Shown piece by piece: positions 29,124 through 39,100 of a stretch of 64,000 nt of DNA. Position 1 is the stretch's first letter. Each line of letters begins with the position of its first letter. The position numbers were made by a program, and so were the translations under genes. Location: assembly GCA_049968255.1 (NCBI GenBank), contig JBMFRB010000005.1:5822-69821 (forward strand). Direction: 5' to 3'. The notes below the pieces were generated by a model. The model worked only from the letters and a program-made list of their open reading frames with translations. It did no database searches and was not told where the DNA came from. The stretch is from Candidatus Sumerlaeaceae bacterium. Its GTDB lineage: Bacteria; Sumerlaeota; Sumerlaeia; Sumerlaeales; Sumerlaeaceae.

Positions 29124-30425
29124 ATGACTTTTACACCGGAAAGCGTGTTCGAGCGCGGCATTGTAGGAGCTGGGGGAGCTGGCTTTCCCACGCACGTGAA
29201 AATGCGCGCGCAGGCGGAATGCTTCATCCTTAATGCAGCAGAATGCGAGCCGCTGTTGCACAAGGATAAAGAACTCCTCGCGCACCACAGTGACGTAGTC
29301 ATCGAGGGGATGAAACGTGCCCGCGGCATGATTGGTGCGCGGCGTTGTGTTATCGGAATCAAAGACAAATACGTTGAGGTCATCGCACAGCTTGAACGCG
29401 TCCTGCCGGAGGGATTCGAAATCGCACGCTTGCGCGACACCTATCCGGCGGGAGATGAGTTTCTGCTGGTCTACGATGTGACCAAACGCGTGATTCCGCC
29501 TGGTGGGCTGCCGCTGAATGTTGGCTGCGTCGTGAACAATGTGGAAACAATGTTCAATCTAGGAAGCGATGAGCCGGTCATTGACAAATTTCTTACTGTG
29601 ACAGGAGCGGTAAGGCAGCCTGTGACTTTGCGTGTGCCAATTGGGACACACATTCGCGACGTCATCGCCGCAGCGGGTGGTGCAGCCATTGAATCTTTTG
29701 CGGTGCTTCTCAATGGAGTGATGATGGGGCGGCTTTGCTCCGATCTCGATACCCCCGTGACGAAAACGACCGGAGGGGTGTACGTGCTGCCGCCGGGGCA
29801 TTTCCTCGTGCGCCGCTACAGTATGAGCACGCGAGAAATCAATCGCATTGGGCGATCCGCCTGCGATCAGTGTTCCTTTTGCACGGAGATGTGTCCGCGC
29901 TACCTTCTCGGCCATCCGATCGAGCCACATAAGGCCATGCGGGCACTTGGCTTCACTATGGACAAGGCGCCTCTCATCGTGGGAACGACGTACTGCTGCG
30001 AATGCAACATTTGCACAATGATCGCTTGCCCGGAAGATCTCGATCCGCGAAATGTGTGCGTTCAGGACAAAGCCGTTGTGAAGCAAATGGGACTCAAGTG
30101 GGAGAGCTATGGACGGGCGGTCGAGCCACATCCCATGTACGAAGCACGCCGCACACCCACAAAGCGGCTCATGGTCAAACTGGGGCTGAGTCAATTTGTC
30201 AATGAGGGTCCTTTGCAGACAAAGCTCCTTAGTGTGGCGAGGGTTCGCATTCCCCTGAAACAACATGTGGGTACTCAGGCTGAAGCTGTTGTGAGTGTCG
30301 GTGATCGCGTACGGCGGGGACAACTCATCGGCCGAATTCCGAACGATCAGCTTGGAGCTCCAATCCATGCTAGCATTGAGGGAACGGTGACAAAGGTCTC
30401 AGACTTTGTCGAAATCACGGCTTGA
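29124..30425 (+). CDS. PduS-like (RnfC-related) Fe-S flavoprotein, microcompartment-associated
   Basis: GIVGAGGAGFPTHVK, NAAECEP, YPAGDE, SLBB region, CDQCSFCTEMCP, CCECNICTMIACP, and a C-terminal barrel-sandwich domain (IPLKQHVG...IHASI.G) as in PduS. Confidence 0.88.
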   Translation: MTFTPESVFERGIVGAGGAGFPTHVKMRAQAECFILNAAECEPLLHKDKELLAHHSDVVIEGMKRARGMIGARRCVIGIKDKYVEVIAQLERVLPEGFEIARLRDTYPAGDEFLLVYDVTKRVIPPGGLPLNVGCVVNNVETMFNLGSDEPVIDKFLTVTGAVRQPVTLRVPIGTHIRDVIAAAGGAAIESFAVLLNGVMMGRLCSDLDTPVTKTTGGVYVLPPGHFLVRRYSMSTREINRIGRSACDQCSFCTEMCPRYLLGHPIEPHKAMRALGFTMDKAPLIVGTTYCCECNICTMIACPEDLDPRNVCVQDKAVVKQMGLKWESYGRAVEPHPMYEARRTPTKRLMVKLGLSQFVNEGPLQTKLLSVARVRIPLKQHVGTQAEAVVSVGDRVRRGQLIGRIPNDQLGAPIHASIEGTVTKVSDFVEITA

Positions 30426-30435
30426 GGCAGAGATC

Positions 30436-30990
30436 ATGACTGATGCAATTGGAATGGTGGAGTGCTCCTCGATCGCGATGGGCTTCGAGGTAGAGGACGC
30501 GATGCTCAAGGCTGCGGAGGTGCAGCTTCTCGTTGCGCGAACGATCTGCTCAGGGAAGTTCCTTGTCGCTGTGGGCGGGCGTGTAGCCGACGTGCAGAGC
30601 AGTGTGAAAGCAGGCGTTGCAGCTGCATCGGAGGGCATCATCGATCATATTGTCATTCCGAATATCCATCCGTCCGTGTTGCCAGCAATCACAGGCTCGG
30701 TGGAGCTCAAGCCGGAAGAGGCTCGTGCGCTGGGCATCATTGAGACCTTCAGCGCCGCCAGCGCTGTCGAAGCCGCGGACGCAGCAGTGAAGGCTGGGAG
30801 CGTGACGTTATTTCGCATTCACCTGGCTATGGCTTTGGGGGGCAAAGGATTTGTACTGGTTACGGGCGATGTGGCCGGCTGTCGGGCGGCAGTAGAAGCA
30901 GGCGCTGAGGTGGCCGCCGAGCATGGTCTTCTTGTGAACCGTGTTGTGATTCCAGGACCCAGGCGTGAGCTCTTCCGCGAATTTATCTGA
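30436..30990 (+). CDS. Tandem-domain BMC shell protein (BMC-T, PduT-like)
   Basis: Two BMC domains (AIGMVE..SIA.G; ALGIIET...AADAAVKA; LGGKG). RTICSGK carries the PduT-type pore Cys. Confidence 0.92.
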   Translation: MTDAIGMVECSSIAMGFEVEDAMLKAAEVQLLVARTICSGKFLVAVGGRVADVQSSVKAGVAAASEGIIDHIVIPNIHPSVLPAITGSVELKPEEARALGIIETFSAASAVEAADAAVKAGSVTLFRIHLAMALGGKGFVLVTGDVAGCRAAVEAGAEVAAEHGLLVNRVVIPGPRRELFREFI

Positions 30991-31037
30991 GAATAGGCGC
31001 GCCCCCAAATTGTGGCCTACTCGCGGAGACGCAAATC

Positions 31038-31382
31038 GTGAGCTCTGACGCTTCAAACCTGCCCCCAGACGAGTTTGCGGACGTTCGCACAGAACTTGTT
31101 CGTGCTTCCTTCGGCCTTGAAACCGTTCCCAGCGGGTGGGATACTCTACCTGAAATTCAACGCGAACGTTTTTTAGCCGTTCTCGCTGCACGCATCGAGC
31201 AAATGATCTCCGAGTCGTTCGAACAGCTCATGGCGATTCTCTATCGGCTGGATGTAGATGAGGAGAAGGTGAGAGTGGCATTTGGAGAAAACACTCGGCC
31301 TGCGATTGCTCGGGCTTTGGCGGAACTGGTTGTCGAGCGGCAGCTTCGTACCATCCGCACGCGCCGTCAGCGTTCACGCTAA
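31038..31382 (+). CDS. Hypothetical small helical protein
   Basis: GGAG RBS. The segment [15 protein letters not shown]...LAELVVER...R looks family-like. Confidence 0.6.
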   Translation: MSSDASNLPPDEFADVRTELVRASFGLETVPSGWDTLPEIQRERFLAVLAARIEQMISESFEQLMAILYRLDVDEEKVRVAFGENTRPAIARALAELVVERQLRTIRTRRQRSR

Positions 31383-31471
31383 GCTTGCTTGTGACCGTTC
31401 CAAGCTCGCATTGGCACCGAAAACCGATTATCCTTGAAGTGCTTGTTTTCGGCCGAATGTTGAGAATCACT

Positions 31472-32494
31472 ATGAAAACAATGACCCAAACCGTACAGGA
31501 AAAAATTATCACTTTGGCGTCGCAGAAGAAGCGGCGCGTGGTGCTGCCCGAGGCAGGCGGCGACAATCGAACCCTGCACGCCGCGGCTCTGGTGCAAAAA
31601 GAAGGCTTCGCGATCCCTGTCCTCGTGGGTAACCGCGACAAGATCGCAGCACTGGCAAAAGCCGAAGGGGTGGAAATTTCGGGGATCGAGCTGGTCGACC
31701 CTCAAGTCGATAAGGTTAAACTTGAGGAATTCGCTGCTCAGTACGCCGAAAAACGTAAAAAAGAGAATCTCACGCCCGAACAGGCGAATCAGGTGGTTTC
31801 GGATCCGCTCTACTATGCAGCGATGATGGTGGCGCGTGGAGAGGCAGACGGCATGACCGCCGGTGCCATCACGACCACAGGCGATGTGTTGCGCGCCTCG
31901 ATCAAATGCATTGGGCTACAACCAGGCATCAAGACCGTCTCTAGTCATTTCATCATGGTTGTTCCGGATTGTCCGCTCGGCGAGAACGGCGTGATGCTGT
32001 TTGCCGACTGTGCGGTGCTACCGGATCCAACACCCGAACAGCTTTGCGACATTGCGCTGGCTACGGCGGAAATGATGCAGAAGCTGCTGGGCTTTGAACC
32101 ACGCGTGGCGATGCTTAGCTTCTCGACCAAAGGCAGTGCCCAGCACCCGATGGTGGATAAAGTGCGCCAAGCCACCGAGCTCGTGAAGAAGGCCAAGCCT
32201 GATCTGCTCTGCGATGGCGAACTGCAGGCCGACGCTGCACTCATCGAGAGCATCGGCAAGCGCAAAGCTCCGGACTCGCCAATGGCGGGCCGCGCCAATG
32301 TGCTCATTTTCCCAGATCTCGATGCGGGAAATATCGCTTACAAGCTTGTGCAGCGTCTGGCCAAGGCCGACGCCATCGGGCCAGTGCTGCAGGGTCTTGC
32401 GAAATCGGTGAACGATCTGTCGCGCGGTTGCAGCATTCGCGACATCGTGGACGTTGTAGCCATCACCGCGGCCAAAGCCAATTTCTTAGGCTAA
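31472..32494 (+). CDS. pta: Phosphate acetyltransferase (short PTA_PTB / EutD type)
   Basis: [59 protein letters not shown]. Confidence 0.95.
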   Translation: MKTMTQTVQEKIITLASQKKRRVVLPEAGGDNRTLHAAALVQKEGFAIPVLVGNRDKIAALAKAEGVEISGIELVDPQVDKVKLEEFAAQYAEKRKKENLTPEQANQVVSDPLYYAAMMVARGEADGMTAGAITTTGDVLRASIKCIGLQPGIKTVSSHFIMVVPDCPLGENGVMLFADCAVLPDPTPEQLCDIALATAEMMQKLLGFEPRVAMLSFSTKGSAQHPMVDKVRQATELVKKAKPDLLCDGELQADAALIESIGKRKAPDSPMAGRANVLIFPDLDAGNIAYKLVQRLAKADAIGPVLQGLAKSVNDLSRGCSIRDIVDVVAITAAKANFLG

Positions 32495-32524
32495 AATCTT
32501 CTTAAGATAATTTGTTATGATTAT

Positions 32525-32562
32525 ACGGCTCTGCCGAGAAAAGGTGGGGCCGTTTGTTTTTC
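32525..32562 (+). terminator. Terminator after pta
   Basis: Stem ACGGCTCTGCC/GGTGGGGCCGT with G-U pairs, followed by TTGTTTTT. Confidence 0.65.
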
Positions 32563-32699
32563 TTGGGGGAGTGCGACACACCGTTTCGATCAGAAATTGG
32601 GATTTCGGCTTGCTGCCAAAAGCGATTCCACTTGCTTGCGAGTGCCATCTCCTCATAGGTTCTGCTCAGAAATCGAACCTTTAAAAGAGGGAGCGAGCC

Positions 32700-34028
32700 A
32701 TGCAGAGATTAGCGAAGCGAAAACTCGTGGGGACAAAAACATGTGCAGCAGTGCTGTGCGCCTTCCTTATGCTGAGGGGAGCTGCCTTTGCTCAGCAGAA
32801 AACTGTGATCGAGTTCTGGCATTATTTCGGTGGCGACCACGTCAAGCTGATCAAAGAGTTCATTGATGAGTTTCAGGCCAAGAATCCCGACGTCGAGATC
32901 AAGCAGGTTTTCCAAGGCCGCCCCAATGAGCTCTCCCAGAAGCTTCAGAGTGCTTTCGCGACAACACCTGCGAACAATCCGGTGCTCGCAACCGTCTACG
33001 AGAACTGGACGAGCGACTATGTGTCCAAGGGGCTAATGGATCCTGTGCAAAACTATATCGAAGGGCCGGACGGTTTCTCGAAAGAGGAACAAGAAGACTT
33101 CGTTAAGGGTTTCCGCGAGGCAAACACGTGGAACGGCAAATGGACGACAATGCCATTCAACAAGAGCATCTATCTCCTTTATGCCAACATGGACCGCTTG
33201 AAGAAGGCGGGCATGACGACGGCGCCGCGCACAATGAACGAACTGCGTGAGGCGATTATCAAATGCACAGAATCCGACGGCAAGCGGATCAAAACCTACG
33301 GCATCGGGGTGCAGCCCCAGAGCGAAGCTTTCAGCACACTTTACTTCGCTTCTGGGGGCGATCTGTTGGATGCGCAAGGAAATCCTGCGTTCAACAATGA
33401 GCTTGGCGTGAGCGTGCTAAAATTTTGGCAGGATTTGCAATATCCTGACAAGCACCTCTACGTTGACTCTAATTATATGGATGCGCCATTTGGCAATGAG
33501 CAGATTGCGATGTTTATTTACTCGAGCGCTAGCTTCCCTTACGTGCAGCGCTCGGTCGGAAATCGTTTCGAGTGGCTCGTGGCCCCTGTGCCAGGAATGG
33601 AAGGCAAGGAGCCACGCTACGTGATGCAGGGCACGAACCTTGGCATTTTCGCGAATCGGCCGGAAGCGGAACGCAAAGCTGCATGGCGCTTTGTCAAATT
33701 CCTTGTGCAACGCGAAAATTGCGTGCGTTGGGCTATGCGCACGGGCTACATGCCTATCCGCTACTCCATGCTTGAAGATCCAAAGATGAAAGAGTTCTTG
33801 GCGTCGAACCCACGCTATGCTGTGGCGGCGTCATTGGTGGTGCAAAACAAAGGCAAGCAGGAACCTAGCATTGCCGTGTGGGAAGGCGTGCGGCAAGACC
33901 TTGGGCGGATGGTGGACGATGTGCTCAACAGAAAGGCGGACCCGGCCAAGGTGCTGGCCGACACTGCCAAGCGAGCAGCCGAACGCATCGCGCGAGCTAA
34001 AGAGGCGGAACGGCGCAATAAAAAGTAG
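32700..34028 (+). CDS. ABC transporter substrate-binding protein (UgpB / sugar-binding family 1)
   Basis: Signal peptide AFA|Q, IEFWH, MPFNKS..LY.N, GT.LGIF, AAWRFVKFL, TGYMP. Confidence 0.88.
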   Translation: MQRLAKRKLVGTKTCAAVLCAFLMLRGAAFAQQKTVIEFWHYFGGDHVKLIKEFIDEFQAKNPDVEIKQVFQGRPNELSQKLQSAFATTPANNPVLATVYENWTSDYVSKGLMDPVQNYIEGPDGFSKEEQEDFVKGFREANTWNGKWTTMPFNKSIYLLYANMDRLKKAGMTTAPRTMNELREAIIKCTESDGKRIKTYGIGVQPQSEAFSTLYFASGGDLLDAQGNPAFNNELGVSVLKFWQDLQYPDKHLYVDSNYMDAPFGNEQIAMFIYSSASFPYVQRSVGNRFEWLVAPVPGMEGKEPRYVMQGTNLGIFANRPEAERKAAWRFVKFLVQRENCVRWAMRTGYMPIRYSMLEDPKMKEFLASNPRYAVAASLVVQNKGKQEPSIAVWEGVRQDLGRMVDDVLNRKADPAKVLADTAKRAAERIARAKEAERRNKK

Positions 34029-34130
34029 TCTGAAGCAGGCTCAGTCCAGATGGGCCGCGGAGGACGGTTCTTGCGAATGCAGGGGCGCACGGTTTCCCCC
34101 AAATGCCCGTGAGAAATGCGGTAAGAACGG

Positions 34131-34164
34131 GAGCCCTCGACGAAGCCACGTTTGTCGAGGGCTT
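34131..34164. terminator. Hairpin between convergent genes
   Basis: Stem GAGCCCTCGACGAA/TTTGTCGAGGGCTT. Confidence 0.55.
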
Positions 34165-34183
34165 ATTCGTCTAATCGAGACAA

Positions 34184-35566
34184 TCAGCGAGGCTCTGCTT
34201 TAGAAGAATAGCCCACACTATAGGGGCGCCATTCTTCCGTGCGGTGCGCATCGAGTTGTGCGCTTACACGGATTCCCTCTTCGGAAAAATCGGTCGCTAA
34301 GACCTTGCCTTCCTGATGAAGGCGTGCCAGGAGGTGATAGGCCGTTGGGGGAAGCAGAAGATCAAGCGTGACGGTGAGGGGCCGGGTTAGCCGCGCGACT
34401 TCCTCGAGCAAATCACGAATACCGATACGGTGACGCGCAGAAATAGCAACGGAGGGCACGTCGCTGGCTTCGAGCCGCTCGGTAGCAGCAGACACCAAGC
34501 CACGGTCGATTTTGTTGTAGACCCGTAGCAACGGTTTTTCGCTTGCGCCCAATTCCGCGAGAATTTCTTCGGTTGTTTGGATCTCTTGCTCGATGGTAGG
34601 TGAGGACGCGTCCACCACGTGGAGTAAGAGATCTGCATAGAGGACTTCTTCGAGAGTGGCCTTGAAAGCGGCAACGAGCGAAGGCGGCAAATCGCGAATG
34701 AAGCCGACCGTGTCCGTGAAGATAGCGACGCGGCTGTCGGGGAGTTGGGCACGTCGTGCTGTAGGATCCAGTGTGGCAAAAAGCTGGTCGGCCGTGGGGA
34801 CATGTGCCTTTGTGAGGACATTGAGAAGCGTGGACTTGCCCGCATTGGTGTAGCCGAGGAGAGCAACAACGGGCAGGTCCTGTCGCAGCCGTTGCTTGCG
34901 CTGCGTCTCGCGATGGCGCCGAACAGCGGTTAATTCCTTTTTTACTATGGCGATACGCTCGCCGATGCGGCGGCGGTCCATCTCGAGTTTGGTTTCACCG
35001 GGACCACGCGTGCCGATACCACCTCCTAAGCGCGACATAGCAAAGCCTTTGCCGATAAGCCGCGGTAAAACATATTGAAGCTGCGCGAGCTCGACTTGCA
35101 ACTTGCCTTCGTGCGTGCGAGCGCGACGCGCAAAGATGTCGAGGATCAGCTCCGTTCGGCCGATAATGCGCGTGCCGATTTCATCGGTGAGATTGCGCAC
35201 CTGGACTGGTGAAAAATCTCGATCAAAGACAATGCCTGTGAGCTCGAACATTTCGGCGCAGGCTTTGAGTTGCTGAACTTTGCCGCGGGTGAGGAAATAG
35301 GCAGGATCCACCGCACGCAGACGCATGACGAGCGAATCAACAACGACGCCAGATGCCGACTGCACCAGGCGCTCGAGCTCGGCCAGGGAAAGTACGGCAT
35401 GCTGGGCAGTGTCGCTAGGCAGCTGGAGTACGCAAACAAGGTAGGATTCTTCACCCGGAGAAGTGCTGCGAAAAGAAACGAATTGCGACGCAGCATTCTT
35501 TTGGCAAACGTCTAGCGCGTCTGTCGGTTCGCTCCGATTGTGTTGGCGCTGGCGCGCTGGCGTCAT
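34184..35566 (-). CDS. hflX: GTPase HflX
   Basis: LILDIFARRA, QVELAQL, GTRGPGETKLE, GYTNAGKST, LFATLD, DTVGFI, NKID. Confidence 0.96.
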   Translation of the reverse strand: MTPARQRQHNRSEPTDALDVCQKNAASQFVSFRSTSPGEESYLVCVLQLPSDTAQHAVLSLAELERLVQSASGVVVDSLVMRLRAVDPAYFLTRGKVQQLKACAEMFELTGIVFDRDFSPVQVRNLTDEIGTRIIGRTELILDIFARRARTHEGKLQVELAQLQYVLPRLIGKGFAMSRLGGGIGTRGPGETKLEMDRRRIGERIAIVKKELTAVRRHRETQRKQRLRQDLPVVALLGYTNAGKSTLLNVLTKAHVPTADQLFATLDPTARRAQLPDSRVAIFTDTVGFIRDLPPSLVAAFKATLEEVLYADLLLHVVDASSPTIEQEIQTTEEILAELGASEKPLLRVYNKIDRGLVSAATERLEASDVPSVAISARHRIGIRDLLEEVARLTRPLTVTLDLLLPPTAYHLLARLHQEGKVLATDFSEEGIRVSAQLDAHRTEEWRPYSVGYSSKAEPR

Positions 35567-35991
35567 GCTGACTTCTTTGGCTTTTTCTTGGCTTCTTCAG
35601 CCAGCCATTCTGCCTTCAGTTTGCCGATCGCCTTATTCATCATGATGAACATTGTATGCCAGTCAACGAGAAGCTGGTTGTACTGCGCCTCGCTCATTTC
35701 TTTGATGTACTGCAGGCTGACGGTATCCGTCAGCACTTTAAGGATGCCGTCGCCGTCCTTGAAATATTTTCCTGCCAACTCGAGAAAGCGATATTGGTTG
35801 CTGGCCAGCATATACATAATCTGGAAGAAAGCTTGTTCTTCCTGATCAGTGATCCGTCGGTCGCGCAGTTCTTCGGAAAAGAAGCGGAAGTAATCTTGCC
35901 AAAGCTTTGTGTATTGCTGGCATACGGCCAAGCGGTTCTCCAGCGATGTGAGTCGCAGATGGGGATCGTCTTTTTTGTGTCGCAGCGCCAC
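35563..35991 (-). CDS. Hypothetical helical protein, paralog of 39902..40468
   Basis: ATGA overlap with hflX. Pattern W..(Y/F)F...IT..EE..F...SL..I.E......L..WH..FI...KAIG.L. Confidence 0.8.
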   Translation of the reverse strand: MALRHKKDDPHLRLTSLENRLAVCQQYTKLWQDYFRFFSEELRDRRITDQEEQAFFQIMYMLASNQYRFLELAGKYFKDGDGILKVLTDTVSLQYIKEMSEAQYNQLLVDWHTMFIMMNKAIGKLKAEWLAEEAKKKPKKSA

Positions 35992-35997
35992 TCGCTA

Positions 35998-36108
35998 TTA
36001 CCCCTTTTTGAACATGTCGAGCGAATAGGCTATGTAGAGCGCATACACGAGAATACCCACGATGACGACGAGCTCGACCTTGGTGACGTAATTGAGCGTC
36101 GTAAACAC
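35998..36108 (-). CDS. 36-aa single-TM microprotein (below the ORF-track cutoff)
   Basis: GGAGAAAGGA upstream of GTG. Translation MFTTLNYVTKVELVVIVGILVYALYIAYSLDMFKKG, then TAA TAG. It fills the gap between two co-oriented genes. Confidence 0.72.
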   Translation of the reverse strand: MFTTLNYVTKVELVVIVGILVYALYIAYSLDMFKKG

Positions 36109-36133
36109 GGCTCGATCCTTTCTCCCTGGAGAC

Positions 36134-39100
36134 TCAGAAGTTCAAAATTTTTTCGGCACGAATGATCTTGGTACGCGCCTGTGGATCGATCATTTGCATC
36201 TGGACTTCGCCGCGCAACTTCTTGGCCTGGGCAATCTGATTGTAAGCAGTGTCAATAATGTCATAGGCGTCGCGTAGACTCACCTGATCGAGGATCAGGA
36301 GTTTCTGGAAATTCTCCGCCGCGACCAGAGCGTGCTTCACTGCGAGGATGACCTGCTCGTGCGTAGCTTCTTGCGATTTGGGTGGCTTGAGGTGGATAGT
36401 GCGTAGATAAATATCCCGAACAGCATCTTTGAAATCATTTGGGCTCATTTTGCCGGAGAGGCGCACAGCGCCAGCAAGGCCATTGGGCTGCTCGATGAGT
36501 TGCTTGATGAATGTCGGATCATGTGAGAGAACTACGTCGAATTTCTGGAAGCAATCGTCGAGCTGCGCCAGGAGTTCGCTGACTGCATCGAAATAGACCT
36601 GTTCTTGCAGGCGATTTTCAATTTGGTCCGTGAGTTCGATCGCTTTCTTCATATTCACATAGGACGACTGGTAATCGCCTTTTCGGAAATCGACAGCAGC
36701 GCGGTTCATGAGCGTTTTTACGTCGTCCACCTCTTGAGCCATATAGTTCTCGGCCCCGGCCTCGATTAACGCATTGAGCCGTGCCGTGTTTTCCTGCAAA
36801 TTCTGCTCGAGAACCAGCGGTGTGGTTTCAATCACGCGGGCGAGCCCAGCCTCAATGTCCTTGAGCCGCATCTCGACAGCGTCAAAGTTGCGCGTGCAGT
36901 ACTCATCGCGGGCTTGGGCGATCTCGGCAATGAGACTTTTCACCTCTTCCACGTTAAAGTAATTTGCCCCAGCGCGCAGAGCCTGGTTGAGAGCGCGATA
37001 AATGTTGTCGAGGCGCTCCTGGAATGTGTAATCGCGCGAGTGATCAAGCGCCATTTGAGCTAGCTTAACAGCTTCCTTCGCGAGTTCCTGTCCTTGCGCT
37101 GCGGTCTCCGCACTCCCTAGGAGCTCCTCTGCGACTGCTGCATTCTGTTCGGCCTCAACCAGGAGCGGATGTGCAGCTTTCCATCCCCCGTACTGCACGG
37201 ACAGGGCTGCAAGATCTTGTGCTTTGCGGACGTTGTAGAGACGCGCGTCGTCGGCAGCCGTGAGGGCTTGTTCGCTCACATCGCGCGCTTCGCGGTATTG
37301 CCCATTGGCCAAGAGTTTTTCGGCCTGTTCGTAAAGCGCAATGGCCTCAGTGAGCTGAGCCGGAGCAAACATGATGGCACCGGCTGCTTCAGCAAGGTTG
37401 ATGCGATCGGCCGCAGACTTCAGGTTAGCCTTGGCAGCGGCTCGTGCAGCATTAGTCTCGGCAGCCAAGAGGATACGTTGGGCTTCCTTGGCCGCCTCGA
37501 GTGATTTAAGGTAATCCTGGGTGATGAGGGCGTCCGACGACTCTTGCAGTTTGCGACGTGCTTCAGCAATCGCGCCTGGCTGATATTTGCGGATATCGCG
37601 CAGCCTGCGCTCGTCTTGTAACATTTGCTCTAATGCCACGCGAATCCCCTCGGCCGAATCGTTTGCAGGGGCCATTGTTGGGCTCGAAGAATTGGCTGGA
37701 TTGGAATTCGCTGCCACGAAGGGATCGCCGCGGAGTGTACCTTCGGCTTTTGGCGCAGTGCCACTGCTCACAGGGACTGGGCGTGTTCCTACGGTGGCAC
37801 CGGTGGGGGCGCCTGTCTTGCCTGCGAGATTCGAATCTACGACAGGCGTGTCGGATTTCATTATCGTGCCTGCAGGCATCCGCTCATTGGATAGTGGTAA
37901 GCTGGGGCTTGAGTCCGGACCGGCCATGATGTTCTGCTGAGCTAACTGTGCGATGACAAATGGTTTGGGAAGTAATTCCGACGCCTCTTCGTGGGCGAAT
38001 TTGTCATTTCCCTCACCCCCGCCCGGAGAGTCATTTTTCACCGTCACAACGCTAGGAACGCGTGGGGCACTCCCTTCGATGCGCCGCAGCAACTCTTCGG
38101 TGCGTTTCTGTTCTTCATGCGCGCGCTCAGCCAACAGCTGCTTGACGTTTTCCAGATACGCACGCGCTTTGGCGGTCAATTCCGCAGCCTGGCGATTCTT
38201 GTCCTGGCTGAGCAACTGCTGTGTTTCTTCGACGAGCTGTTGAACCTGACTGAGTCCCTGCGCGGCATATTCGCGCGCCCCTTTGCGTTCAAGGTCGCTC
38301 AGCTCATCCTGAACAGCGATCAGCGCGTGCTCTGCGACGATTCTGAAGGTGCGACTGACGACCTGATCAGAAATTTGCTTAGCTTCCTGGGCCAACTCAA
38401 CGGCTCGTTTGAATCGGCGCTCTGACCGGGCGCTTTTCGCATCGCGCACCTTCAAGGCGGCAGCGTCGCGTTGTGAAGCCAGGTTCTCCGCTTCCGTTTG
38501 GCGACGAACTTCAAGACGCTGGTCCACCACTGCCGACTTTGGTTGTGCCTGGAAGAATGAGTCCATTTTATCGAGCGTGCGCGAGCAGGTTTCCCAAGCT
38601 TGTTGTGCATCGAGGATGTGTTTTTCCGCGAGCTGATCAAAAGCGGCCACGATGCGATCATTCTCAATCAAGCCCTGGCTGGCCTTTTCTTTGGCTGTGT
38701 CGAAATCGTTATTGTTGAAGAGGTCACGCGCTTCCTTCAGGAGCTGCTCCATGACCTCGACGCGCCCCGGAAGGTACGTGTCCACCGCTTCATCGCGGAG
38801 AGTTTTGATGGCTTTCTCGACGGAAGCAATTTTGTCCTTTGTGGCCTCGATACGGGTGACGGTAACGAGATCTTCGATTTGCGGTTTGAGCTGCGGGATG
38901 GTGTTGAGCACCGTGTCGAACTGATTGTTGACATAGTTGACCATCAAGCTCTGAAAGGATGTTTCGGCCGCTTGCAGACGATCGGGTGCGTAGATAATAG
39001 CTTCGTCAGCGCGCGCCTCGGCAATTTTTGATTCAAGGTAGCGGAGTTCTGCCTGTGCCTTGGTTTTCTTTGTCTCGATGATGCCGTTTTCCGCATCAGT

